Source of the DNA: Amphiscolops sp. MND2022
Lineage: Eukaryota
Direction of reading: 5' to 3'
Length of the DNA: 64,000 nucleotides
NCBI GenBank assembly: GCA_964187785.1
Contig: OZ076409.1
Span: forward strand, 73,782,001 to 73,846,000
Part shown: one piece after another, positions 32,600-48,300 of the stretch
Position numbering within the stretch: the stretch's first letter is position 1
Layout of the letters: the number at the start of each line of letters is the position of its first letter
Notes under the pieces: generated by a model
Told to the model about the DNA's origin: nothing
What the model saw: the letters and a program-made list of their open reading frames with translations, nothing else
Database searches by the model: none
Translations under genes and position numbers: made by a program

Positions 32600-35500
32600 G
32601 TGGGCGGTAGGTTTCCCGTAGTCAAAAAAAAATTGCAGGCCGGGGTAGGGGCCCTGGCCGAGGCAAAATACCATAGAAAAGGTACCAAATTATGTGAGTT
32701 TAGAAAATTGAGCCATACAAATTCTCTGAAAATTGCTGTGTGTACCCTATCGCCCAATCTAAGAACTTTTTCCTGCTGACGTTTTGCTCTCCAAATGTTA
32801 CTAATATGACTTTTTGAAAAATTTATCTCTGGTTTTTCATCAAAAATAGTGATTTTGGCAATTTTTGTGAAATATCTCTGATTGCATTAATTTTTGGACG
32901 TTGACTGTGAAACAAGGTCGGAACCATCATTTCGTGACCATGGCCATGCACTAAACACAAAAGATGTAGAGTTTTTAAATTTTTTGAAAATTTGACATTT
33001 TTAAATTTCTTTCACTACTATCAGTACCATATATGTCAAAATAACCTCAGAAAAATTTTTTTATTTTATTCAATTTAGAATCCTTGCTATCCATGGTTTC
33101 TGTTAGTATCTACTCGCTGCCAGAGACTCAACAGTTAGCATCGAATCTGAAATTAAAAATTTTTTCGAGGTCATAGGTGTTTCACAAGGATTTCACAACA
33201 TAGTCTTGTTTTACAAATAGGTCATTTACAACATCATATTTTCATCGAGGCATGTCGGATATAGTCTTATTGCTCACGAACGGTCCTACTGGCAACGTAA
33301 TAACCATTTATAGAAATATAAAGTTTTAAAAAAATCTTTTCACCCGATCTTCAGTCATTTTTCAGACATTCGGAACTTAACTTAGAAAAATTTCGTCTCA
33401 AAAACCCATTTTTCGTCAGGTCGAAATTTGAAATTCAGCTTTTGAAGCACAAATATGCACTCTGACGTAACCAGTAGGGCCAATGATACTCAACAACACC
33501 ATTGAGACTGGTATCAGTCGCTCCAAAAACATATGAGCCGTGATAAGACGTTTTTTCAATAATACTGTTCAATTGATGTAAACATCGCGGAAGCCTTGGA
33601 TTACAGTGAAAGTTGATTTGAACAAAAATTTACTCTTTTTTGTCAATCACTATGTAGACAGAATGCGTAAGGTAAGTTTCAGCACTAATATGAAGATTTT
33701 GAAGGAATCGGGTTGCTCAAGGCGTGGTATGAGACACTTTTTTCTCATATACTAGTGTTTTTCAAAATCTTGTCGTTAAATATCTCGAAAAGCAAACATT
33801 AAAAAACACTTTCTGATATCTAATTTAATTCCTAGAATATAAATGAATCATGTGGTTGATCAGAAACTCTCTACTTTAATGTTTCCAGAAAAAAATCCCT
33901 TCCCATGTTTTATATCTGTAGCAGTAAAAAAAGTAGACGCTAAAAAATACGCTATTTTGCTAAGATTGAATTGCAATTGTTTAGCTTTAAAACTCTTTTA
34001 ATACTTCTAACGCCACCTTAAGGACTCAAGATGATTGAAAATGTCAATCACAATGCTGACATGTAGTCTATCTACGATCCTGGCTGGACAGATTTTGATT
34101 ATTTTTCAAGTACCTGTTAACTGAATCTCGTGATAGCCTTCTAAGTTGACCTTCTGCGTCAACTTGAGAAGGCTATCACTAAAATAAACTAAATTCTGAT
34201 TTGTTTGTTTGTTCCTAACGTCTTTTGGTACGATCGTCTTACGGTTAGTTGGTTAAACCAGGTCGCTTATACTTCCACAATTTTCGACCACCGTCCGTGT
34301 ATTCGGTTCACACGACTTTACATTTTCAGTCGTTTGTTTTCGATAACTATCACAATGTACTGCCATTAGCGCAAAATTCATACTAGTACTTGGTTGGTTG
34401 AAATACTTAAACAACTGTTTCCATAGTTATTCGCGGTGATGGTACAATCCGCGCGCCTACATACCTACGGCGTCTTGTCACTACAACGCCACATAGGGAA
34501 ACAACGCCCATAGTCCGTAGGCATGCCGAGGCATGCCTTTCGACGACGCGCGCCAAATCTATGCGCGCCCGCACTTGTGCGGTAGCTGCTAGGTGGGCGG
34601 GGGTAATTCCCCAACAAAAATTACGGCCGGCGGGTTGGGTCCTGCCGGACGTTCAAATAGCGCGAAGCATCTAGTAGAAAACAAGGAGTCCTGAAACAGC
34701 GATTTTAAAATTGAACCGTTAGAATTTGGTTTTAGATTGCATGCGGCCCTAAAATCCCCATACGAATGGAAGTTCCTGCTGACGTTAAGCGATTGAAATA
34801 ATATATAAAAAGTTATGGCCCATTTTTGGGTCACCGAGAAGGTCAAAATGAAGAAAATTTTAACTAAGTTGCTGATAACTCAAAATGTGTTAATTTTTGG
34901 ACTTTGACTGTGAAACAAACTTGGAACCTTCATTTCGTGGCTGTGGCATTGCACTGAACACAAAAGATGTAAAGTTTTCACATTTTTTGAAAATTCGACA
35001 TTTTTGAATTTTTTTTCACTACTATCAGTACACTATATGTCAAAAACACCTCTGAAAATTTTTTTATTTGCTTAAATTTAGAAACCTCGGTATCCATGGT
35101 TTCCGTCAGTACCTACTCGCTGCCAAACACTCAACAGTTTGCATCCAATGTGAAAATAAAATTTTTTTCGAGGTCTTAGGTGTTTCACAAGGATTTCTCA
35201 ACTTAGTATCAATTTACAAATTGGTCATTTTGAACACATTATTTTCATCGAAGCGTGTCATATACCGCCCTAATGCTCACGAACGGGCCTACTGGCAACG
35301 TTGGAACCATTTATAGTAATAAAAAGTTTTAAAAAAAATTTTTCACCCCGTCTTCAGTCATTTTACACACTTTCGGAACTTAACTTGGAAAAATTTCAAC
35401 CAAAAACCCATTTTTTGTCAAGTCGAAAATTCAAATTCAGCTTTTTAAGCAAAATAAATAAATCTGACATAACCAGTGGGGCCCATGAAGCTCAAAACCA

Positions 35501-36580
35501 CGATTGAGACTGGTATCAATGGCTCCAATAACATATGAGTCGCGATAAGACGCTATTTTGAGCAAAACGTCTCAATTGAGGTAAAGATCTCGCAAGCCAG
35601 CGATCACTGTGAAATGTGATTTCATCAAAAATTTACTCTTTTTTGTCAATCACTATGTGCACAGAATGCGTAGGGTGCGTTTCAGCACTATAATGAGGTT
35701 TTTGAAGGCATCGAGTTGCTCAAGGGGTGGTATGAGACATTTTTGTCCCAAATACTACTGTAGTTTCCAAAATTTTTACCCCAATATCTGGAAATACAAA
35801 CTTGACAAAATACTTTCAACTACTTTATTCAAAGGTTACAATATAGATGAACACTGTGGTTGATAAGAAACTTTCATCTCTTTCGTTTTCGGAAATATTT
35901 CCGTTCGCATGTGTTACATTCATAGCAGAAAAAAAAATCGAAACTGAAAAATACGCTATTTTGCTGATATAGAATCGCAATGATTGTGCCTCAAAACTCT
36001 TTAAACACTTCTAACGCAATCTTACGCACCCAAAATGATCGAAAATGCTATTCACAATGGTGACATGTGCTCTTTCTACGATCCTGGCTGGACAAGGTTT
36101 GCATATTTTTCAAGTACCTGTCAGCTAAATCTTGTGATAGCCTTTTCAGTTGGCCTTGTGTCAACTTGGGAAGGCTATCACATCAAAAAACCATCAACAA
36201 AAATAATTTTTGTTTATTGGATCCTACAGTCGATGCTTTTTTTCGTGATTCTATACTACCGTTAGTATATTTCATCAGGTCACCTTACGATTGCATTCAG
36301 TCTTTGATAAAAACCTATGAACTCAAAGTCACATTTATATATTTTTTTGCCAGAAAATAACATCAAAAATATCTAAAATATATAAAATAGAGTCTTTAAC
36401 ATTTTTACGTTTCAAGTTTTTGCCGTTATTAGGCCAATCAACGTCCTAGAGCCACATCGTGCCACATACTGTACAACGCCACATAGTGTTGCGACGTGCA
36501 CAGTCTGTGGGCATGCCGAGGCATGCCCTTCGACGACGTATGCCGAATACCGCGGGCCTACGCCCGCGCTCCCCGGCTAG
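32600..36580 (+). mobile_element. Cassettes U15 and U16, family D (1993 bp; 1988 bp diverged subfamily)
   Basis: U15 is nearly identical to U10; U16 (from 34593) has a colinear body but a different head and tail. Confidence 0.8.
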
Positions 36581-38720
36581 GTGGTCAAGGGGGATGCCCA
36601 TCAGAAAATATTGCGAGGCCGGGGAGGGTCCCGAGAGCCGAGCACATTCTATCAATTCCTACCTTCAGGATTGCGAAGTATTTTAACCGATCTCGAAATT
36701 CACCCGTAGGATTTGTCTGAAACTTTGCATGTGGCTTTATCTCAAAAATTTAAGAACTTTTTTCTTCTGACGTTTTTCCAGGAAAATTCATTTTGTAGGG
36801 TTTTTTGCGTTTTTTTGGTTTTTTTTCATCTTTTTTCATCTTTGATTAATCAATGACCGAATCAAAGGCCATTTTCACCATGAAGGAAAGCCCGTAGCGG
36901 CAAAGTGCACTTTTATGAAAATCATCAACGGTCAACGGTCTTTCGAACGGTCCGAAAAAATTTTCCCCCGGGGGAAACCAAAGTGCCGAAAAGTGCCAAA
37001 ATTATTTTTTTGACTGAATCACTTTGATCAAATTGATGATTTGAGCAGCCGGAACGGTCCGCACGGTCTCGGACAATAAGGTCAAAAATTGTCAGCATCC
37101 AATGGTGGTTCCAAAATTGTAATTCGTTCACCTGTAGGAGACATCAGAAAAAAGTTGATTTTTTGGGGTATATGTCATTATGAGTGATTGGATGAGAAAT
37201 AATTGTATCACTTTAAGTTGGATATGATGCAGCACAGGAAGCAGCTGCAGCAAACTTGAAACTGATTATGGGGCTGGGGTTTACCCTCTGTATCGAGCAA
37301 AACAGCCCTAGGGCATAAGTTGTGCCAAAAAATGCCTCAAAGTGATGATTAGGTTATTGCAAATCGATCAGCAAAATTTATTGTCACCGGTGTTCCGAGA
37401 GTTGCGCAGCATCTCGCAGGAACAACGGTGCTTGCTTAGAAAGCAAAAAACCACAAAATCCCTTGAGTTAAGTTGACGGCAGTCACCATAGACATTCACT
37501 CGTCAGGGTGATGATATTTATCGTTCAATCCCAGAATAACTTACAAAAAATTGCTAGCCTCAATATTTCTTTTTCATACTCCATTAGCAAAGGTTGCGCT
37601 GTTAAGTTTAGGCCTTTTACTAGCAGTGCTCTAAATCGCTCCATCGCTAGGTGGTCAAGGGGGATGCCCATCAGAAAATATTGCGAGGCCGGGGAGGGTC
37701 CCGAGAGCCGAGCACATTCTATCAATTCCTACCTTCAGGATTGCGAAGTATTTTAACCGATCTCGAAATTCACCCGTAGGATTTGTCTGAAACTTTGCAT
37801 GTGGCTTTATCTCAAAAATTTAGGAACTTTTTTCTGCTAACGTTTTTCCAGGAAAATTCATTTTGTAGGGTTTTTTTGCGTTTTTTTGGTTTTTTTCATC
37901 TTTTTTCATCTTTGATTAATCAATGACCGAATCAAAGGCCATTTTCACCATGAAGGAAAGCCCGTAGCGGCAAAGTGCACTTTTATGAAAATCATCAACG
38001 GTCAACGGTCTTTCGAACGGTCCAAAAAAATTTCCCCCCGGGGGCAACCAAAGTGCCGATAAGTGCCAAATTTATTTTTTTGACTGAATCACTTTGATCA
38101 AATTGATGATTTGAGCAGCCGGAACGGTCCGCACGGTCTCGGACAATAGGGTCAAAAATTGTCAGCATCCAATGGGGGTTCCAAAAATGTAATTCGTTCA
38201 CCTGCAGGAGACATCAGAAAAAAGTTGATTTTTGGGAGTTTTGGCATTATGACTGATCGGATGATAAATCATTGCATCACGTTGAGTTGCATTTGATGCA
38301 GCACACGAAGCAGCTGCAGCGAACTTGAAACTGCTTAGGGGGGTAGGGTTTACTATCTGTAACAAGCAAAATATCCCTTGGGCAAAAGGTATGCCAAAAA
38401 GTGCCTCAAAGTGCTAATTAAGTTGTTGCAAATCGGCTAGCAAAATTTATTGTCACCGGTGTTCCGAGAGTTGCGCAGCATCTCGCAGGAACAACGGTGC
38501 TTGTTTCGAACGCAAAACCCAACATACCTCTTTGGTGACGTGACGGAGGTCACCATTGGCCTTTTTCGGCAGTGTGATGATATTATTATTGTTGAATTGT
38601 GAACAACTTACACAAAAGATTTAGCGTGGGATATTTGTTTGTTTCATACTTCAGTAACAAACTTTCAACCGTTTCGTTTAGGCCTCTACCTAGCAGTGCT
38701 CTAAATCGCTCCATCGCTAG
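36581..38720 (+). mobile_element. Cassettes U17 and U18, family E (1070 bp each)
   Basis: Tandem pair, heads identical, 3' halves diverged; both end CTAAATCGCTCCATCGCTAG. Confidence 0.8.
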
Positions 38721-41700
38721 GTGGTCCGGTACACTACCAACAAAACATTGTCGCGAGCAACGGGGAGGGTCCTGTAGCGAGCTTTATAGGAAAAAAACGG
38801 CGGAGCATATATACTAGGCAACATCGGCACTTTTACCCACGATCTCTGAAATGAACCATACGATCCGGCTCAAAATTTGCATACGGCTTCCTCTAGCGAT
38901 TCTAAGAACTTTTCCCTACTGGCATTTTGCCCGGAAAATTCAAAAAGTGGGTCAAAATCTTAGTTTTTTGGTCGAAAAATGGCGTTTTTTTGGAAAAAAA
39001 TTTTTTAAGAGCCCATATCTCGCTCCCAGGTGCTCGGAGCGGGTCGCATGTGGACGTTGATATTGCTGGGCACTTCTTAAGGAGTCCGTAGACAAATTTT
39101 CGTACAGATCGGATGAAAATTGACTGAGTAATAGCCGCAAATCCGACGAATTTTTCAGAAAATTTTGGTACACCTAGTCTATCTCTGCAGTTTTTTGCCC
39201 AGATTTTTTTCCAGGACCTCTCCTAAAGGCCTCCCCTGGCCTGTTTACCTCCCAGAAAAACCATTTGGCCCTTTTGCCGCAGTTTCAGCGTTCCAGGATT
39301 CCCCGGGTAAAAGATAAATGACTTAGAATTTTTTCGAAAATTTTTCAAATTTTTTTTTTCAACTTCAGGCCCCCCAAAGTCAAGAAACTTCCACACAACT
39401 AGTATTACAAGTGAATGCATGTGGAAAGTGCTCGAATAGACGAGAAAAATGAGCTATTATAAAGTTCTGTAGCTTAACCTGACGTTGACTTATGACAATT
39501 TTAGTGTGAGCTTGCTATGTGAGAAAAAATTTCATAAATTGAAAATCGAAGCTAAGTCTCATCGGAATACGTTCAGTGGACCCCAGCGCTGTTTAAATGC
39601 CGCTGTTTAGTGCAGCAACGCCCTTTAAGGTCATTTGATCCATTTTTTACAGGTTTTGACACCGTCTTATCCATTCGAAAGTTCGAAAGAGTTGTGTACA
39701 TTCCATCTCCCCCCTTCTATGGGGGAGATGGTAATGTACACGCAAAAAGCCAAGTACTACTGTTCTTTTTATACTTGGAGTGGCCTCGGCAATGCAGTAG
39801 CGGGAGCTCCAGGTCGTTTGCCGTAGCCTTATTGTCTGTTTAGACTTTGCTACAACAGAAACTATGTTACTGAACATGAAAAAGATTGTTTCAATCCAAA
39901 TGTTTTTTCAAATAATAATACCAAATAACACATGTCCATATATCCACTATTGCCACTAAATACTGGCGCATCGTCGCACAACGAAGCCTGCAGCGCTAGG
40001 TGCCGGTGTTTTTCACGACAAAGAAAGTTGCGCGCTTTGGGTAGGGTCCCGGCGCGCTTTTGGGGTTCATTTTAACAACCTGATCTCCCGTTGCACGTAT
40101 GTCCGATTTTCCAAACTATCCTACCAATTTTGCTGAAATTTTGCATGTGGGTCCCTATGGACATTCTAAGAACAAATCCCTACTGGCGTTTTGCCCGGAA
40201 AATTTTTTTTGTTGACTTATTGACAATTTTAGGTGCCGAAAATGACGTTTTTTCAAAAAAAAATTTTTTAAGAGCCCATATCTTGCTCCCAGGTGCCCGG
40301 AGCGGGTCGCATGTGGACGTTGATATTGCTAGGCACTTCGTAAGGAGTCTGTAGACAAATTTCGGTTCAGATTGGATGAAAATTGATTGAGTAATAGCCG
40401 CAAATTGGACGCATTTTGTCAAATTTTTTCGAAACCCCAGTCTATCTCTGCCGTTTTTTGCCCAGATTTTTTTCTAGACCCTCTCCTAAAGGCCTCCCCT
40501 GGCCGGATTACCTCCCAGCAAAACCATTTGGCCCTAAATACGAAGTTTCAGCGTTCTAGCATTCTCGGGCGAAAAGTTGTGGGACTTAGAAAAATTTTTT
40601 TGAAAACGCAAAATGTGTAAAGTCAACTTCAGGCCTCCCAAAGTCAAGGAACTTCCACACAACTAGTATTGCAAGTGAATGCATGTGGAAAGTACTCGGA
40701 TAGACGAGAAAAATGAGCTATTATAAATCTCTGTAGCTTAACCTGACGTTTACTTATGACAATTTTAGTGTGAGCTTGCTATGTGAGAAAAAAATTCAAA
40801 ATTGGAAATCGAAGCTAAGTCTCATCCAAAACTCATCGGAACACGTTCAATCCATCCCAGAGCGGTTTAATTCCAGCTATATAATGCAGCAACACTATTC
40901 AAGACCATTTGATCCACTTACATTAGTTTTGACACCGTATTATTCATCCGAGAGCACAAAACAGTTGAGTACATTCCATCTCCCTTTCGGGGGAGATGAG
41001 AATGTACTCGCTAAAGTCCAGGTACTACAGCCCATATTTGTTTTTATGCGACGCTTTTATGGTTTGTATGCTAGTGCGTACACGGGTTAATCTTTTAACA
41101 TGTTTTTTGTCGTCTGCAGTTTGCTTTTGACTTGACATACACTGAACGTTTTGTCCTTACAACATACACATTACTAACGTCAACGCCCCATCCTTGCATC
41201 AACGCCCACCGTCCGTGGGCATGCCGAGGCATGCCCTTCGACGACGTATACCAAGATATACATAAGCGCGGTAGCCGCTAGGTGGCCGGAAATTTTTTTT
41301 TTCATCAAAATCTTTGCCATTGGGGGAGGGGCCCCGGATGGCCAGTAGTACGGGATAGCTTCCTACCAAATCCAGATGGAAAAAACGTGATTTTGGAAAC
41401 TAGCCGTCAGAATTTGCTCAAATTTTGCATACGGCTTCCTATAACAATCCTAAGAACTAATCCCTACTGGCATTTTGCCCAAAAAACGCAAAAAGTTGGT
41501 CAAAATCTTAGTTTTTTGGTCAAAAAATGGCGTTTTTTCGAAAAAAAATTTTTTCAGAGACAATTACTCGTAACTGGTTCATCCAGCGCAAAAACGCCAA
41601 GCTGATTTATTGTTGGGCACTTCATGAGGAGTGCGTATACAAATTTTCGTCCAGATCGGAAAAAAAATGACTAAGTATTGGCCGGAATTCGGACGCATTT

Positions 41701-42568
41701 TTTCGCAAATTTTTGAAAACCTAGTCTATCTCTGCCGTTTTTTGCCCAGATTTTTTTCCAGGTCCTCTCCTAAAGGCCTCCCCTGGCCGGTTTACTTCCC
41801 AGAAAAACCATTTGGCCCTAAATACGGAGTTTCAGCGTTCTAGCATTCCCGGGCGAAAAGATGTGGGACTTAGAAAAAATTCAAAATTTTTCAATAAATT
41901 TTTTTTTCGTTTTCCGGCCCCCCAATGAAGGGGAACGACCCCCCAACGAGGATTTTTGGTGAATTCATGTGGAAAGGCCTTGTTTTGTGGAGCAAATTGC
42001 CGTTTAGAGCAACTTTTTATCTTAACTTGACGTTGACCTCTGTCGTTTTGAATTTGATATTAGTATGTGTTGAGCATGTGAAAAGTTGATGATTTCAGTT
42101 GTTCTCTCGTGTTCAAGCCATTGAGATACAAGCGGTAGTGATCGAAATGTGATTTATCGCAATTTGATGGTGCTTTTGGTGTATTTTGACTCTTTTAAAT
42201 AAAAAGTTGTTCTTCATATATTTGGTGTATTGATTCAAATGAACAAGAAACACTTGAGTACATTTCATCTCCCCCCTTGTGGGGGAGATGAGTATGTACC
42301 CGCTAAATGACACGCACAATGGCCCAATTTTACTTTTATGCGACGTTTACTAGGCTTTTGCGCAAGCCCACTATTACTTAGACTGGTTTCCTTTTCTTTT
42401 ACTCCAAAATTTTCCGTACTAACCACCTTACGCACCACCAGCTCATCGTAACATCTGTAACGCCAACGCCACATACTCTCACTAACGCCCACCGTCTGTG
42501 GGCATGCCGAGGCATGCCCTTCGACGACGTATGCCAAATAGCGCCACAGGGCGCCCAATTTTGTCTAG
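38721..42568 (+). mobile_element. Cassettes U19-U21, family A (1279, 1282, 1287 bp)
   Basis: Family A core; internal unit starts at 40000 and 41282. Confidence 0.8.
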
Positions 42569-45357
42569 GTGGTCGGGTATTTTTTTTTACTCGTAGATGG
42601 CGTTTGCGAGGCTTTGGGGAGGGCCCCGTGGCCGAGCCTGTACCGAAATTTACCACATACCAGAAGTGGCCGAAAAAATCGAGATCTCAAAAACTAACCG
42701 TTAGAATTCTCTGAAATTTTGCATGTGGCTCCTAATCAATGAGTAATGAAAAAGTGTAGAAGTGACGGTGGCTGAAAAAATTGTCTTTGTTGCACTTTTT
42801 GCGCAATTTTTGTCACATTGTTGCGTTTTTTATGTCATTTTCCACTTTGGAGGCAAAAAAGTCATAGATGCTTTGTTCCTAGCGTATCAAGTGTGGAGCA
42901 CGAAAAGTTGCAGCATCTTAAATTACGTATGCTGAGAAAATTTGGTTGCCCTCGGCTTACCCCCCACAGAGATAGAGGGGTGCTTCGGGTGATTTTTGAC
43001 CCCTAAATTTGGGAAAATGCTAATTTTCGTAATAAAGCCGTAGATTTAGCGTGTGCACACCCTGCTGAAGATTTGTTAGGCATTTTGAGATAGATCCGAT
43101 GACATGCTTTCAGTTCAACCCCATCACCCCCTGGACCGGAAATAAACTTTTTTTGTGTCCTTTCAGACCGGAAGTCTCCATTTTCAACTGTAAGGAGTCC
43201 TTGTACGAGCAACTAGCAGGGCATCAAAATTGAAGTACAATGTGGGGTGAGCCTAGTTACCACGTGTTGCCCAGTCATGGGTACCGCCATGACCGGAAAT
43301 GGGGTCAAAACCCCCCTATTGGTCGTTTTTTTATAAGTTTGACTAGTGTTTGGTCCACATACAAGTCTGGTAATGCAATTGAACTAGTGTGAGCATAAAC
43401 TGCACGTTCACTGCGTAGCCGTAAATGACACTGACAGATACCGGAAGTATCCCCCTGTGACCGGAAGTTGTCAATTTTGACCGGAAATGGTCCAAAAAGT
43501 AGCGTAAAAGCAGTTTTTTATTAGTTTTAGAGGTATTTCTTTTTACTTTTTCTACGCTGTTTGCTTTTTTCTACTAACAAAGCTAAGATCGTGGCTTGTT
43601 TGGCTAAAGTTCTGAAAAATGATCACCTTTATCACCCCCGATAGCCTTTCAAGTTGACCTTGGGTCAATCTTGAAGGCTATCTGTTCTGAAAACGAAAAA
43701 TTTTGTTTTTCTTATTTTCCTTGATAATTTGCCTTAATTAATTTTGTTAAGCAAATCCTTTTGTTCAACTGAATGATCTGGAAATTGTTCAGAGGTGTCA
43801 CCCTGGCAAGGATTATTTGACGTTGAAGTAAACTGAGAATGAGGGTAGTATTAGTCGTCATCACACAAACTTACCAACGCCCACCGTCTGTGGGCATGCC
43901 GAGGCATGCCCTTCGACGACGTATGCCAATTCTGCGCCACCCGCACTATTGAGTGCGGTAGCCGCTAGGTGGTTGGGGCGGTCCCCAGAACGCACAAGGA
44001 GGCGCGGGGAGGGTCCTGCGCCGACGTAGAATAATTTCATATAATACTAGTATCCTACATGGGTGTTTTAGAGGCGATTTTGGAATCTAACCGTAGGATT
44101 TGGATAATTTTTTGCATGCGGCCATAACTCGAAATTCTAAGAACTTTTTCCTACTGTCATTTTCCCCGCAAATTGTTTTTTGTTGACTTATGGCCGAAAA
44201 ACCGGAAATAACGTCCTTTTTAGACGTTATATCCGAAGTGTCGTCATAACTTTTTTCCAGGGCATGCTAGCGTTCTCGTTCACTTTTACACTTAGTTGCA
44301 GCATCTCAAAATACAACTGGTGGAAAATTTTGGTTGCATTCGGATCACCCCCCACCGAGATAGAAGGGTTCCCCCCTCCAGTTTTACCCCCCAAATTTGC
44401 AAAATAGCCAATTTTGAGCATGAAGCCGAGGATTTAGCGTACCCGCACCCTCCTGATGTTTTGATGTACGTATTGGGGTCAATCTGACGACATGTGTGGT
44501 TTTCACCCCCAACCCCCCCTTGGACCGGAAATGACACTTTTTTGTGTTTTTTGGCAGAATTTAGCCTTTTTCATTATTAGGCAGTCGTTTTAGGGACTCC
44601 TAGCAGGATATCGAAATTGAAATACAACCTGATCACAACCCAGTGACAACATGTTGGCCACTTGGAGGTATCATCATGACCGGAAGTGGGGTCAACCCCC
44701 CTTTTTGTGACCGCTTTTTGACCTTGTGCACCAAAATGCCAACATCTTGAGGCCTAATGAGGCATTCAAATCTGTACAAAGATAAAATGTTAGACAACCG
44801 AAGTCCCGGAAGATCTTTAGCATATACCGGAAGTTACCCCCCATGACCGGAAGTTACCCAATGTGACCGGAAATGGTCCAAAAATTAATGTAAAGTTGAA
44901 TTTTTCACTATTTCAAGACCACTTAATTGAAACTTTTCAATCTCAAAACTAGCGTACTGGCTTGTTTTGCTGAATTTATGGAAATTGATGAGCTCTATCG
45001 CCCCCGATAGCCTTCGAAGTTGACCTTGCGTCAACTTTGGAGGCTATCGATAAAGAAAAATGAACAACAAAGTACATTGTTGCTCTCGTTTTTTTCTTGT
45101 TGTTTTTCCTCAAACATTCTTGAGACATATACATGGCCGTTAGTTGAAATCAATATTTAGCCCATGTTATAGCTGGAGCAGCGAAGCGTTACACAGACTA
45201 GTGTGGTTTTGAAATCACACTATTTAAATTAACAACTGACCGTCTTAGTCAACTCCATACATTCATACCAACGCCCACCGTCTGTGGGCATGCCGAGGCA
45301 TGCCCTTCGACGACGTATGACGAATCCACTCCAACGACACCCGCAGTCCTCAGCTAG
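42569..45357 (+). mobile_element. Cassettes U22 (diverged family C, 1400 bp) and U23 (family C, 1389 bp)
   Basis: ACCGGAAG clusters and GATAGCC..GGCTATC hairpin; U23 starts at 43969. Confidence 0.78.
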
Positions 45358-48300
45358 GTGCCAAAACCCAATGGTTTGCCAAACACTTCGAGGGCGGGGT
45401 AGGGCCCCCAGCCCGAGTCAAAAGTCGAAGACTAACAACGTAAGGCCAATTATAATTTCTGATAGCGATTTTCTAAACGAGCCGTCAGATTTGGCTGAAA
45501 TTTTGCATACGGCTTCCTATAACAATCCTAAGAACTAATCCCTACTGGCGTTTTGCCCGGAAAATTCAAAAAGTGGGTCAAAATCTTAGTTTTTGGGTCG
45601 AAAAATGGCGTTTTTTTGGAAAAATTTTTTTTAAGAGCCCATATCTCGCTCCCAGGTGCCCGTAGCGACCAGACCTCGGACGGTACTATTGCTGGGCACT
45701 TCGTAAGGAGTCCGTAGACAAATTTTCGTACAGATCGGATAAAAAATGACTGAGTAATAGCCGTCATTGGGACGCATTTTTTCGACTTTTTTCGAAAACC
45801 TAGTCTATCTCTGCCGTTTTTTGCCCAGTTTTTTTTCCAGGACCTCTCCTAAAGGCCTCCCCTGGCCGGTTTACCTCCCAGAAAAACCATTTGGCCCTTT
45901 TGCCGCAGTTTCAGCGTTCCAGGATTCCTTGAGTAAAAGATAAATGACTTAGAATTTTTTCGAAAAATTTTCCAATTTTTTTTTTTTCAACTTCAGACCT
46001 CCCAAAGTCAGGAAACTTCCACACAACTAGTATTGCAAGTGGATGCATGTGGAAAGTGCTCGAATAGACGAGAAAAATGAGCTATTATAAACCTCTGTAG
46101 CTTAACCTGACGTTGACGTATGACAATTTTAGTGTGAGCTTGCTATGTGAGAAAAAATTTCAAAATTTGAAAATCGAAGTTAAGTCTCATCCAAAACTCA
46201 TCGGAATACGTTCAATCCATCCCAAAGCGGTTTATTTCCAGCTATAGAGTGCAGCAACACCGTTCAAGGTCATTTGACCCATTTTAATAGGTTTTGACTC
46301 TGTCTTATCTATCCGATAGTTCGAAACAGTTGAGTACATTCCATCTCCCCTCCGTGGGAGATGGTAATGTACTCGCAAAAAATCAAGGTCCTACCACCCT
46401 ATTCTACCCGGAGTGGTGCTAGCAATGCAGTAGCGTGAGCCCCAGGTTGTTTGCAGTAGCCTTTACGTATGTTGTGACTATGTATTACAATTCTAACTCT
46501 GTTACTAAACATTAAAAAATTGTTTCAATCTCAAAATTTTTTTTCAACTTTAGTATGTCACCAATAAACATATATCCATCTTTCCTACTACAACCAACCT
46601 ACCACCCGGCCCCTTGTCCACTGTTCAACCGTGCACGTCTAGGTGCCGGGATTTCTATTCGATAAGGTATGTTGCGCGTGTGGGTAGGGTCCCTGGCGCG
46701 CTCTTGGGTATGGTGTTCACCAGCTAGGAAACAGGGGTCGATTTTTCGGGATCTCCTAAACTAGCCACACGATTTGGCTGAAATTTGGCACACGTACTCC
46801 CCTCGGCACGGTGAAGATGATTTCCTACTGACGTTTTTCCCGCAAAATTTTTTTTGTTGTCCAAAATAACGGTTTTTGGGGTAAAATTTTGAATTTTTTT
46901 TAAATTTTATCTTATATCTCGCCACGGGTTTACGCTAGCGCTTCAAAACCCTGCTAAAGAAAGCTTGCAAACTGTCTCAGGAATGCGGTGTGAAATTTTC
47001 AGCTCAATCGGACTCAAACTCAGGGAGATATAGCGTTTTTCCGGAGCGGGGGGGTTTCATTTTTCTAACGGTCCAGCATATCTTTGCCATTTTTTCGAAA
47101 ATGCACTCGCCTAAAGACCTCCCCTGGCCGGTTTTATTCCCAGCAAAACCATTTGGCCCTAAATACGGAGTTTCAGCGTTCCAGCATTCCCGGGCGAAAA
47201 GTTGTGGGACTTAGAAAATTTCAAAAATTTTCAAAATTTTTTTTTTCGGTTTTCCGCCCTCCCCCCCCGGGGGAAAAGACCCCCCAACCAGTAATTTGAG
47301 TGAATTCATGTGGAAAGGCCATGTTTAGAGGAGAAAAATCCCGTTTAAATCGTCTTTTTATCTTTATTCAACGTTGACTTATGACGTTTTGAAGGTGATG
47401 TTTGGAGGTGTGAAGCACGTGAAAAGTAAACGTTATGAGTATTTATCTGATCTGAAAGTCATTGAGATGCAACCTGTTTTGCTCAAAACGTAATTCATAT
47501 CAATTTGGTAGTCAATAAACACCCTTTGTTGTCATTTGACATTTTTTTTTGTTGATATAAGAAAAAATTTTGTGTATTTATTCATTTTTTTCTCATCAAA
47601 TAACTTGAAACAGTTGAGTACATTCCATCCCCCCTTCACGGGGGAGATGAGAATGTACTCGCAAAAAGCCCCAAACTACGGCCCTTACCTTCCTGAGCTA
47701 CGCAGTATAAAGATTGCATATTGGTTCCGACATTTTGATAGAGTTATATCTTGGTAATCTGTCTGGGTATGCAGAAAAACCAGCACGTGCTTTTTTATAC
47801 CAAGTTGCTCACAACGACATTTATTTTATATCAACGCCCCCATATTTATCAACGCCCCCCGTCCGTGGGCATGCCGAGGCATGCCCTTCGACGACGTATA
47901 CCAAGATATACTTCGAGCGCGTTAGCCTAGGTGCCCGGATTTCTATTCATTAAAGTATGTTGCGCGTGTGGGTAGGGCCCCTGGCGCGCTCTTGTGTCCC
48001 TGTTCTCATAACTGCAATTTCCGGCAGCATTCTGAGCGATTTTCTAAACTATCCATACGATTCGGCTGAAATTTGGCACACGTACCCCCCTCGGCACGGT
48101 GAAGATGATTTCCTACTGACGTTTTTCCCGCAAAATTTTTTTTGTTGTCCAAAATAACGGTTTTTGGGGTAAAATTTTGAATTTTTTTTAAATTTTATCT
48201 TATATCTCGCCACGGGTTTACGCTAGCGCTTCAAAACCCTGCTAAAGAAAGCTTGCAAACTGTCTCAGGAATGCTGTGTGAAAGTTTCAGCTCAATCGGA